From contig JASANG010003696.1 in assembly GCA_030248215.1 (NCBI GenBank), forward strand, positions 310,001-374,000: 64,000 nt of DNA, given 5' to 3'. This stretch comes from Enoplolaimus lenunculus (taxonomy: Eukaryota). The notes below the pieces were generated by a model, which saw only the letters and a program-made list of their open reading frames with translations, was not told the origin of the DNA and did no database searches. Both the position numbers and the translations under genes were made by a program. Of this stretch, positions 37,949-50,343 are shown in pieces. Numbering within the stretch: the first letter of the stretch is position 1; every line of letters begins with the position of its first letter.

Positions 37949-39300
37949 TTAAACAGATTTTTCTCAAATTTATAAAATAAAGTTTTTGTAATGCTGAAAT
38001 ATCCAATTCAATCAAAGAATATTTCAGGTTTACCATCGAGAAATAAGTATCTCTTAAACGTTCTCTGTGCACTGCTCCCAATATCATTTTAGATTGAAAA
38101 CCATATGTCAACGGGTTTCAAGTCACCCGGTCTCCAAGTCCGCAAGCACCTATAATTAACATGGGCTAAATATAGTAGTTTTGCTAAGTTCTAGAATTGA
38201 AATTGTGCAACACACTAGCGGATCCGGAGAAGGGGCGGTGGAGGGCGTACCCCCCCGTCAGAAGTTTTTTTGCTAAAATGGTGTACCTTACAATTTTTCC
38301 CCTGAGAAATTTTTTTTCGAAAAAAAACAATTTTCCGGTAGAATTTTTTGCGATAGAATGGTAAAGTACTCACTACCATACAATTTTTCGCCATCAGAAA
38401 ATTTTTTCGTGATAAAATGATAAGGTCTCCCTACCTTACAATTTTTGCGTTTCATAACATTTGCCAGCCCCCCGTCAAAATTTTTTTGGTCCGTTTCTGG
38501 TGCAACTGTGTGCTACTAGAACTATTTTTCCTGTCTCATTAGAGGAATTCAATTTATTTTTCAATTTCTAGTATATGGTGGGTGATGTTGCCTATTGTTG
38601 GTGAAATTGGTGTATAATTTAGTTTTGATGCTATTTTAAAGCTTGTAGGCTGTTGTCTGCTAATTGAAGAAATTGTATTTTGTGTATTGTGTAAATTTGA
38701 ATTTTAATGAGCCAGCGACAACTAAGCAAACTAATTTACGCCCTGGAAGGCTAATTTTGAAATTGTATATTTATTCAACTATTACTGTAATTCTAAGTTA
38801 AGCAGTGACATATAGAGCCCTTCGCGAAACTTTTTGCTGCGGATGCGGTGGGACGTTTACTACTTCGTTCCTTATCAATTGATAATGCTGGTTTGCGAGG
38901 CTCATGTTGCTATTCGGATCTTCTCGTTTCTCCACAATATAGCAATTAAGTGGTCAATGTTAAGAACACGGCTGTACCAGTAGTGAAAGCCGACTTCTAA
39001 GCTTAAGGTTAAGCGGACGGCTAAAGCCTATACATAAGCCTAAGCAAAAATAGTATAAAGCTTAATAAGCGTGCTTTATTGCAGTCCGGCGGAAAAGCCG
39101 TCCGCCTCTTATCTGTACATCGGCTAACTGAGTACCAACGGTTTAGGTTTAGCATCCATCTTAAGGTTTCAAGCGTAACATTTTCAATTTATATGGTCAT
39201 TTTTACCTGCTATCATTTACTTAATTTTTCAACTCAAATAATTTTGAAATTTGCCAGCCATTTTCAGTTTGTTCGTTTCATTTTGCAACGCGGTGATGCC

Positions 39301-39540
39301 GTCCCATGTTACTTCTAGCGTCATCCCGGTTTCTGGTAGGTCTGTAAAAGAGTAGACTTACATTCTAGACTACATTTTTTTGCTTTGGCTTAGGCTTAGA
39401 CTTAGACTTAGGCTTAGGTTTATGAATACGCTATTGCAGCGCTTAGGCGTAGGCTTAGGAATACGCTATTGCAACGCTTATAGGCTTAGGATTAGGAATA
39501 CGCTTAATCTCCTGTTATGGCCCTAAAAGTAACATTGGCC
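39301..39540 (-). mobile_element. Telomere-repeat MITE family B
   Basis: GTCCCATGTTACTT...AAAGTAACATTGGCC; TTAGGC array. Confidence 0.75.
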
Positions 39541-40235
39541 ACTATACAATGCTGCCATTCAAGCCATACAATCTCGCTATAAAACCACGCGAACAGAACA
39601 GTGCCGGCGGAAGTGCCATCCTTCAATTCGGGAGGCCCCGACTTCTAGGGGGTCGCATCTTGGCAAACTAAATTTTTTTCGCGGATGGCTAAAGCTGTGA
39701 AACATTTTATTCGGACCCATCTGGCCTGCTTGGGAGAGGCCGACTGTCCTAACCCACCGGCCCTCGAACAAAGTTTTTGATCGTTTACCGTTTATGGCCT
39801 CACCAATAATAAGCCTGATAAGCAGGAAATAACGTTAATTAATCACACTCGAGTCTTTTTTTACCATTTTTGATTTGATATCAAGATTATTAATTACGCT
39901 TAAGTGGTGTTTACCTATGGATGATTGCTATTTTTGGGGCTCATAAAACCAACTTGGTGGTTTGTGGTAAACAAATGTGGCTCGCACGCAGCTGGCGTGA
40001 GCCACGGGGGATTTGGAGCATCAGTCCAAATGAACCAAGAAACGGTTTGCGACTGCAGAATTAAATATTAAAGTTACGTCGAGTTTAACGCTCGATTTGG
40101 TGTCATCTCAAACGGGTTTCGTCGGGGTTCGTCTGTTTTAAAATCGTGTCAAAGTGAGTCGACTTTGACTCAGCTTGTGGTAGTCCCGTAGAGCCTATTT
40201 CGGAGAGAGTCAATTTGACTCACCATTTTTTGCAG

Positions 40236-40474
40236 TGTAGTGACCCGAATAAAAGAAAAGAATAAAAGGGGGTCCCCGTTTTGTATATCCAATCAATAGG
40301 AGTCTATATCCCTAATAAATATAAGAGTCCCTAACCGGATATATAACAGTAACAATGCGCGCCGGAGACGCGGGATAAAAACAAATAGCAGTCCGGTACC
40401 AAATAAAACAAAGGGTTATCCTTTGGAGAGGTCAAGTAAATATCAGTCCCCTCTTTCTTATTCGAGTCACAACA
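40236..40474. mobile_element. Solo-LTR-like or short TIR element
   Basis: TG...CA ends with an imperfect IR of about 20 bp, TGTAGTGACCCGAATAA / TTATTCGAGTCACAACA; AATAAA motifs inside; no clear TSD because a MITE abuts the left end. Confidence 0.5.
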
Positions 40475-41506
40475 GTGTGAAATTTGTGTGGATGCAAAAC
40501 GAATGCCAGTTATTCTCTAAGAAATGTGTTTGTTGACCATTTGAAGAGAAACCATGAGCGGATTAAAGTTCTCGGAACCCTAAGGTCTACATACAAACCC
40601 ATAGCGTCAACATTTCATAGACACTGGCTCCAAAAATGCCATTTCTGCAGTACCTTCACCAATTTTCGTGGCTGATAGGTTAGAGTTACCATACAGGTTC
40701 ACAGGTTCCCAGCCAGAGGGGGGTCCGAGAGCGGATAGGGATGACGGTTGAAGAATTTCCGCTGGAAAGTTTTTTTGGCTCTTCTAGAACAGTTTGGATC
40801 TCGCTTGTAAAGTCATCGAAAGCCGTTGCATGCCCTTACTTGGGGTAACATATTTATGATGGTAATTCTGATTTTTTTTACTGTCGCCAGATTTCAAATC
40901 TTTTCATTGCCCATCCAAGCCCATAGCCAGCTCACCATGCTAGTGGGGCTAAAATGTTTTCAGGAGCGGCATACAAGAGTTTTCGTTGACTTACAAACAA
41001 GGTTGAAATTTTTCCAGGGGGGGCTGAGCACCCCTGGCCTCCCTTTGACTACGAGCCCGTGCACATCTCTATTACAAATTCCTAGTTTGTTGTTCTGGTC
41101 AAGCGATAGTTTGCAGTTTTTTTAACAATATACAACGTTGTATGCATGCACATATTTCGTATTAATGCAATAAATTGCAATTTGCAGGCCAGCAATTAGC
41201 AACTGTAAGTAGAGGGGGGTCCATGAGATTTATAGAAGATCAAAGAAAATTTTTCTAACATAGAATTTTTTAATGCTGTTGATAAATTTTTCCGTCAGAC
41301 GTTCAGACGGCCGTTGGAAAAGGGGGGACGAGGTGACGTTTCTCGATCGCCCCCCATAGTCGCAACTTTGACTGTGTTTTTAGATGTGTATTTTTAAGGC
41401 CTGGCCGTTTACGCAGTTTATAATCGCTTTCTACTGTTAATACTATTCTATCAGTGTTTTCTCGCAGTGTTGCAGTGCAATGTTCATTGCGTTAACAGGC
41501 CAGTAG

Positions 41507-41669
41507 CCAACTCTCCTTGCTAGAGGGGCTAAACATTTTTCAGGAAGGGCATACAAGGGTTTTCGATGACTTACACAGCAAGGTTGAATATTTTCTAGGG
41601 GAGGCCGAAATTATCCAAGGGGGGGGAAACTGAGCCCCTCCCTGCCCCCCTCGTTTGGCTACGGGCCCG
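41507..41669. mobile_element. Representative of a dispersed GGCCCGTAGCCA...TGGCTACGGGCCC hAT-like MITE family
   Basis: Core TTTCGATGACTTACAAGCAAGGTTGAAAATTTT recurs at about 180, 12280, 40980, 41560, 48340, 49400, 49900, 51060 (inverted), 58825, 63755. Confidence 0.7.
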
Positions 41670-43009
41670 AATCTGGTAATATTCGAATGTTGGACTTAGA
41701 TTTTTAATCCTTGCTAGATCGGCTAATCATTTTTAGGAACGGCATACAAGTGCTCTCGATGACTTACAAGAATAGTTGAAAATATTTGTCCGTCGGCCAA
41801 AATTCTTCCGGTGGCGACTGAGAACGCACTGGCTTTCTGATTACGGGACGATGTCTTATAGGAATGATGGTTATCAATTTGCCAATTATTGTATTTTAGA
41901 ATTAATATTGCTGTGGTTTTTGGGCTCCGACTCCGACTCCGCTAAAATAATTTCTTTGTCACTATATGACGTCACTGTTTTGAACGAAATAAATTGGCCC
42001 ATGACGTATATCCCAGGAGTACATATTACGGGTATGTTGTTACCGGAAGCTAAGGAACGTTTTGCTAGTGTTCGTAGATTTTATAACGCAAATCGCGGCC
42101 GAAACTAAGGCATCTTAGCGCCCCTCCGAGCCGAAGATATTGGGTGCATAATAAGGTATCAGCCAGGGCATAGCGGCTTATGCAAAAACATGGAGCACAT
42201 ACGCGAGAACGCAATATATAATGACCGAAAAAACTCGTAAGCGAAGCGAGCAAGAAGCCAAATAACGCAATGCGTAACCTGAATCACGCCAAAGGCGGAA
42301 ATTATTTTGACAATCGCATAGTGGATCAATCTTGTAGGACCCCACACGTACCCACGCTGCCCTGGGGGAGGGAAAAAACGTAGCTGGGTGGTTGCCGTTA
42401 GCCTTAGCCTAAGCTATACTGAAAAAACTGAAAACATACACCAAAGCTTAACGAGGCAACAATGTATACCAAACTACCAAACGTTTTAGCAAACATTTTC
42501 TAAGAATATGCGTACAAATATACAATTCCTACAGCAATAAAGACTTAAAACAGCGGCGAGAATTAAAAGAGATTAGATCCGATTAACTTTGAGAAACGTT
42601 TTTTTTTAGCATTTTGAAATAATTTAGCGTTTAGTTTAGTCTTTTTTTTTGCGTTTAATTTCTAGCTAAAACGTTCTAGGAAAACAACTGTATACCGAGA
42701 GTGACGCATTAGATAGTCGACTTTGTCCTGACAGTGTTCAAAGGTGGTAGAGATAAAATATACGTCCCTAGGTAGCGAGTACTGACAATAGGCAAGCTCT
42801 CGTGGCAGCGTTTGTAAAATTAACGTTACTGAAACACTCCTGGAGGAGGCAAAATCTTTTAGGGAGACTATGAGACATCAGGTCGTTTTGGATATGGGCC
42901 GATTCAATTAATAGGTCAATCTTCGCCGGCAAAACTTCAATAGTTCGACAATAACAAGCCGGCCAGACAAATTGACCCCCTCAGAAAAGCTATGAAATTG
43001 TTGTTTTAA

Positions 43010-43272
43010 CCCCTTCTCACAGTGAGTTGCCTATAGGCAACTCAGCGCAGTGTATATACGTTAAATAATGTATATCGCACCGTGTTTAACAATTGCAACA
43101 CGTATACATAGTACTAAATCACCACAAGACGTGAGAGCCCCCTCGGGCTCAAGCGTCAAGCTCCTATAGCTGTGTGGTGATGGTATAAGCCTCCCACTCA
43201 AGTCACTGGAGTTCGAATCCTAGCATAAAAGTAAGTCTCAGGGGAAATAGAAAATATTCATGTGAGAAAGGG
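43010..43272 (+). mobile_element. piggyBac-type MITE (TTAA TSD) containing a tRNA-derived head
   Basis: TTAA|CCCCTTCTCAC...GTGAGAAAGGG|TTAA; A-box TAGCTGTGTGG and B-box GAGTTCGAATCC within 43160-43232. Confidence 0.85.
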
Positions 43273-46200
43273 TTAAGGTGTAGTTTTGAGACAGTAGCGT
43301 ATTCCAAACGAATACAAGCTGTAAACCACCAACAACCGGTGCCGTGGTGAAACTTTTGCGTTGCAAATGTTTGATCTGAAGCTCGCGATGTGTTTTTAGT
43401 CAAATAGTTGAAAATGCGGTTGAAAAACAACACAAATTGAATTGTTATGTATAAAAAAACTACTAAAACACTCTATAAAACTGTAAAATTATAGAATATC
43501 AAATCGATCCTAGTGCACCACTAAAAATACTGAATTCACCACTGCTTTCAGAGACTATATCTTTTGCTTAGGCTTAGGCTTAGGAATACGCTTTATCTAC
43601 GGTTACGACTCTAAAAGTAACATTAGCCCCCAAATAAGCACTTAGAGAAAATAGTTTTTCTAGGTATATACCGTTTCATACAGTGTACATTTTAAAAGTT
43701 CTTAAGCCACTCGAATGATTTTAGAAAAATTACGACTCTGCTGGATAATTTTGAATATATTTTAGACTAAAAACACTCAGCATCACATATAGTTTTCACA
43801 GATATATAACTGTTTTATCTCCCAGGCAACGTGTTTAAGTGATACCAAGCTATCATTAATACAGTCAGTTTATGCTTTGTTCAATGTAGATTCAAAGTTG
43901 TATTCGATGAGCTTAACGCGGCTGTGAAAGTTTGAAAGTGTAATGTTCGGTACATATGTAATAATTGGTGTTATTACTGGACAACAGCCCATATAAGGGC
44001 CTGCTAACTTCACCTATGCCTAAGAGCAAGCCTAAACATTATTCCATAAGCCTAAAAGCGCAACCGTAAACATAACCCAAATCGAAAGCCTAAGCATTAA
44101 TTCTAACCTAAGTTTTGTGGTCCCTAAGTTCTCTAGCATCATCTGGCTCGCAGTGATCTGACAGGATCCTATAGTTAATATAAGGTGTTGGTATTGATTG
44201 AATTCAATACAACCACATTCGGCTGCGGCCGTTGCCGAAGCCGGGGCGAACAAAAAGTAGAAGTTTCAACTCACTAATTTGGTGGGTTTGTCCCCTCATC
44301 CCCCAGCCCTTGTTTGCCAAAAAATGGTTCGATTTTGAAAATAAATTGCATATTTGAGCTTCTCACGACCTCCCCTGATCATTCTACGTCTAAATTTGAG
44401 AATTTTTGAAAAATTCGACTTTTCAATGTCCCGTATCCTTGGGACCAAAAAAATTGTTTGTCAAAAAGTTTTATAAATTGTACAGTATTGGATGCAGCTT
44501 GCAGTACTGAGTTGATTGGTGTTAAGTCTGTTATAATTTGACAATCGGTTAATGAATTATGGTCATATGTCGGCGTCGTCCCAAATCGTGGGCTGCACGC
44601 CAAATCAATAATTTGACAATAACTCGTCAAACCGTTGTTATAATTTTGTCTGAGCCCTTTAGCGGTGACGAATCAAGCGTTTTTTCCCGGAGGGTCTGAC
44701 GTTGGTTGACCCCTCTAGAATTGGCTGGCAGCCTCAGGCCAATGCTTCGAATTCTGTTTAAAAGCTGTCTATATTTCAATGTATCGAGCTAGTCAACGTC
44801 ACCGAGTTGCCAACACGAGAACACCAGCTGAAATTGAACGAATATTCGCCAGCGAAGCAAGATTTCGAACAATACCGCTGGGAAATGTTGTCATTTTGCA
44901 ACGATACTTTTCCGCGATAACTATAGAGGGTAATACGGGACAGTGTCGCTGGATGTAGACCCTTGTAGAAGCCGAAAGTACGGGTGTACCCTATTTCTTC
45001 CTGCTACCATTCTGTTATCATGGCATATTTTTGTAGTCAAAACAACGAGTGGTCAATGTACACTCGACAACGCCTTATTTACGCGTAGCCTTAGCCTTTT
45101 GCTTAAGACAATGCTTAACCAAGAGTGGATGATGTCCACCTTGCAGAAGGGCGTGCAACTGCTTGGGCTGTGCATGGTACTAAATGTACCAGGCCGCGTT
45201 GCATCTTTGTTCGACCATCCTTAATCAGGTGAGCGGTTTAAGCAAGAGATTAACAATAAAGTATGCTTCAGTACACCTATCCCCGTCCCCTTAAACAAGG
45301 GAGGTTACAATTTGCTCCTAGCATTACTACGATATAAAACTACATACAGACCCCTCCTAAACAAGGGGGGTAGGCCAAAAACGCATCGTGTGCCGGGTAC
45401 ATTCTTTAATACACAGAATGTACCCAGTTGCACACTCTTGTTATAAAGAGTGATCATCCATTCTTGGTTTAACCTACGTCTAAGCATTATGCTAAGCCTA
45501 AGTATGTTTCAAAACGTTTGCTTCACGCCTAAAGCGCAACAGCTGGTCTAGATCCGAGCCAAGCTGTATTTCGCTGAGGTGTAATATATAATGGCTGATA
45601 AAACCTCGCCAGCCGCGTGAGTAAATTTTACTAATTTGTAAAGTAGGGACCTCTTTCATAAAACTGATTAGGCAAAATTTTCGGGTTTCAAAATGGTACT
45701 CTTCGGTCGGTCCCCCTGTCCCACTGACTCCTGTGTCAGCACCTAAAGTCAAAGCTAAAGTCTAAACCTGAGCCTAAGTCAAAATACTGATTAACTTTAA
45801 TAAATGTGATGGAAAGTGTACAAAAGTCGAACGAGGATTTTAAAATCTAAATCGTCCGATGATAGCACCTTTAAGCCATAGTGTTAGCTAAAAGTCTCAA
45901 TTGTGTATCATCATACACATTCCTATGTAAGCTGTTTACTTTCCAAACACACCTGTTGTAAGCGTATTTATTCATTATTCATCGTATTTAGAAACTAGAG
46001 AGAATTATATTCGCTGTTTTAGGCGTTTGTAGTTTTCTAAAATTTTGTTTTAATTTAGCTTTCACAACACCCATAGCACGTGCGAACAGTGGTGATTCCA
46101 AAAATTTGTGTCAGGCCCACTAGCGGATTCAGGGCAGCGTGGGGTGGGGGGCGTCTGCCTCCCCGTCATAAACTTTTCTGTAATAAAATGGTTAGATCCC

Positions 46201-49200
46201 CTACCTTACAATTTTGTTCTCGTCAGAAAATTGGCAAATATATAGCATATAGTGCAAAATTGCGTTTCATAATTTTTGCCATTCCGCTATCTCGTCAGAA
46301 ATTTCTGGATCCGCCACTGGATGCGCCCCCGCGTGATTATAATGAAAAAGCTCGCGAGCATGGAAACCGAACGCAATTTTAGTGCTAAATTTTAATGCTA
46401 ATTTTTGACATTTATACCTGTTGAAAGCCATGGTCACGGTGACCGCTCCTAGCATCCACCAGTAAGCATCACATCTGTGATGCTTAATTGAAATATTCAT
46501 ATTAGGCCTAGTTTTGGGATTTCCAGTTTTGTAAGCGCCGACAGATCAAGCATTTCTCGGCAGGAGGCTACTTTTTGCGTTAGCTGAAATTGATGAAATG
46601 ATTGACGTCAGTTTTAGTTCAGTGTAAGCATGATAGGTAATGTAATGTTTTGAATTGATATAGGCAGACAGAAGCGGATGCAAAAAATTTTGACGGAAGG
46701 GGGCGGGTCTGGAAAAAGTTATTAAACGAAAAAATTGTAAGGTAGGAGGGACCTTATCATTTTATTAGCAAAAAATTATCTGACAGCGAAAAATTGTAAG
46801 GTAGAGAGAGACCTTACCATTTTATCACAAAAAATATCTGACGGGGGGGCATATGCCCGCCCGCCCCCCTCTGGATCCGCTAGTGTGCAGAGTCAACTTT
46901 TATAATACCATGATATTTGGCCATAGCTCGTCGAGTTGTGTCTTTTCGGATCGTTCGTACCTAAGCCGCCGTTTGTCCACAAATGGTTCGATTTTGAAAA
47001 CTTTTTTTTTGCAAATTTGAGCATCTGTTGATGCTGGACTTGCTCTGATCATTTCACGGCAAGAAATAGTATTTTTGAGGTCTTAAAATCTCTTTATCAA
47101 GGCCGAAAAAAGTTTCCCGTCCAAACAGAACGCGGGACCTCACAAAAGATCCATTTTTTAAAGTTTCAAGTTTAAGTTTATGGAATGATTAGAGAAATGT
47201 CAAAAATAATTTAATCACTGTCGCGGCTAAGGTATCCAAGGCCCGAGTCCGTAACCAAGCGGGACCAGTGAGAGCTCAGCCTTCCACAAACACAAATTTT
47301 GGACCTCTAGAAAAATGTCAACCTTGCTTACATGTAACTCAATGAAAACCCTTCTGTGCCCCTGTTCAAAACTTTTTAGTTCCCCTAGCAAGGTAAGCTG
47401 GCAACCGGCCTGCCAAAACCGATTACCGAAGCGTTGGCAACAGGCCTGCCAAGGCCGATCACCAAAGAGCTGGCAACGGGCCTGCCAAGGCCGATCACCG
47501 AAAAGCTGGTTACCCCTCGGGGCGTGTTTTTTACGCAAACGCTGGGGGCAGGGGCGCAACCGGCAAAGTGTCGTCATCAATATCTTTAATCTACACCGAA
47601 CCCGTACCCGATCGCTCATTCCTCGGGTCGACAGGCGCGTTCAAATGTAACAACAACAACAAATTGCCCTCGTTAATTTTATATACATAACCAGTCTAGC
47701 CATATATAATGTACCCCCTTTGCCCTCCAATATTCTGTCAAATAATTTCAATTTTTCAATTTAACACCCATGGGTTTGCTGTCTGAGATGGTTTGTGAAA
47801 ATTTTTAAATTTTTTTAACTGCGGCGAAATGTTGCACAGAAGCCGGTAAAAAGGTTACTAGTAGCTCATTTCGGGGCCACTTGGTTTTGCCCTTTTCAAA
47901 TTGTTGTGATGTATGCCTCAACCAGATTAATACACAGAATGCAGAGGTGTATTGAAATGATGTATAGAACAGGGCTGTAACAGTAGTATAAAGCATATGG
48001 CTAAGTCTAAGCTTAAACGTAAGAATGAGCTTATACCTAGACTAAAGCCTAAGCAAACAGATTAGTCTCAAACTTAAGCTTGCTCTCTATTGCAGTCCCG
48101 CAGAAATACGTTCCGATCCTAATCGTTACATGGGCCAAAATGAGTATACGAGTAATCATATCTCGCTTCGAAATTTTTTCACAACACGAAATCGAACAAC
48201 TTTGACAAGCTTTAGAATAACCTACTGGATTTCACAGCCGAAAATATTTACGCAGTTGCACAAAAACTTTCAACAGGATCTCAGTCAGCCCCCCTTGCTG
48301 CGGGGAAGCGGAAAGTTTTTCAGGAGGCACATACAAGGGTACAAGCAAGGTTGAAAATGTTCTAGGGGGGTGGTGCAAAATATTTCCAGGACGGGGCTGA
48401 ACCCTTCTGGTCCACCCTTGGCTGCGAGCCCGCTACCGACCCGACTTTCAAACAAAGTTATATCCTCCGGAAATAAAATCCTGGATATGCGAGTGCTAAT
48501 TTGTATTGGAAGGTGCAAATTTTGAGGCTTTAAAATTCCAGTTTTCTTTAAACCCAGGGGTGATGGTATTGTGTTTGGTGACGTCATCGGTGTTAATGGC
48601 ACTGTGTTGAGGTTCACTGTAAATATGCGGGGGCGGAGATGCGAACGATGTGTTGTTTTTTTGTGGATTTTGCACACTTTAAGTGTTTTTAGTGTTTCGT
48701 AGTTTTTAACTGTAACCAACGAAAAAAGTTTATCGAATAAAACTGCAGTTAGCAATCATTTTTAATTGGTTGGCTTTGACTGTAAATTGTGTTGTGCTTG
48801 CGTTCAGCGAAAGAGATGCGTTCTCAGGATCCGCCATTGTGCACCGTCACGATTAAAAACAGGTTCGTTCGGTACCATGAGCTATTAAGTAGGTTAGATG
48901 TAGTGAAGAAATTAATGACGCGAGCAAGAAGCCAGTTTGTGGTTTTCTATTCAAGCGTCCAGGGCCGGTGTGACGATAGTTGGGGCACACGCAAATCCGT
49001 CCACGGGCTGTAATAAAACGTTTAACAGGTCCATGAAACTTCGCGTTCGCGAGAACAGCTTTTGTTTGCCAAGATGGGCTCCAAAGTGTCGGCCCTCCAA
49101 TGGTGGGGTACAGTGGGCGCTTCCGAAGACACTGCAAGCTCCTCGAAACCTTTTTTGAATCCAGCGGAGTTTTCGAAATTTGAATTTGTCTTATAATGCA

Positions 49201-50343
49201 GGGTTTCCTTACGATGGGCCAAGCGCACCAACCGGCAGTGTTTGACGGACGTTATGCGAGGCCATGTGAATTCATCAGTAAGAAAATGTATATCCAACTC
49301 GAAAACAAGTCACAACCATCTGCTTTATTTATTGCGTGCCCGTAACCAGTCAACCTTGCTAGGATGGACTGAAAAAATTTTTTAGGAGGGGCATACAAGT
49401 ATTTTAATTAACTTACAAGCATACTTAAAGTTTTCCAAGGTGGCCGAAATTTTTCTAGAGGGCTCAAAGCTCTGGTGCACCCCCTATGGCTAGAAGCCCG
49501 ATGTATTCCTTCCAAGCATGCAAGCGCAATGAAGCTTAAACACTGCAGAAATTTTATTTTTCAAAGATCTTTATAACAGTGGCTTTCCAAACCTGAACAG
49601 TTTACCCTGTAAATTGATAAAGATTTTTTCACCTAAACCTAAAGATTAAAAACCCTAGAAAAGAGTAAAGGTAGACTCCTAAACACAATTGCCAGGGGTA
49701 TGACTAAAAACGAGTCCATCTGTGAACTGAACGCATAAGGTTGTCTACAATGACGGACCAAAAGGAACAAATTCGCCATGACACGGCGACAAGGTCCAAA
49801 ACCAAATAAAATTTCGTACGCCAGCTTAACCCAAGCCCACAGCCAGGTGACCTTCATAGTGTATCCAAGCATTTATCAAGAGGGGAATACAAGGGTTTTT
49901 GATGACTTACAAACCAGGTTGAAAATTGTCTATAAGGGGCAAAATGCTTCAGGGGGCTGAGCCCTCCTGGCTTCCCTTTGCCTACGGGCGCGATAAGACC
50001 GTATTTCAGAAGTTTGTTACCATGATAACTTGATTCATACATTTGACAACATTTATTATAATTATCGTTCTGGATTCGGTAGTTCACCTAATATATTTTA
50101 GAAGCCTTATTTAAATCATGACACTTGATAAAGCTCAATACATATTGCCTTACAATTATTAACAATAATATATATTTATAACTTGTAATAGTTGAAGTCA
50201 ACTGTCTTAAAAGCTACTCAAACTTGCGTTCAAATCAACTTCAATTGAAAAAAGTTTTGTGTTGAGTTTGCTACTTTTTGGACTAAAAACTGATATTTCT
50301 GCTCAATATTTACTAGTAAACTTGGGTAGCAAAGAAAACAATC

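Noticed and set aside
43160..43232. Functional tRNA gene
   Set aside because: Acceptor and anticodon stems are broken and it sits within a MITE; treated as a tRNA-derived head.
47397..47510. 36-bp triple repeat translating as LATGLPRPITEK
   Set aside because: The unit contains the hAT-like MITE terminus CTGGC(T/A)ACGGGCCTG; better explained as tandem duplication of a MITE end.
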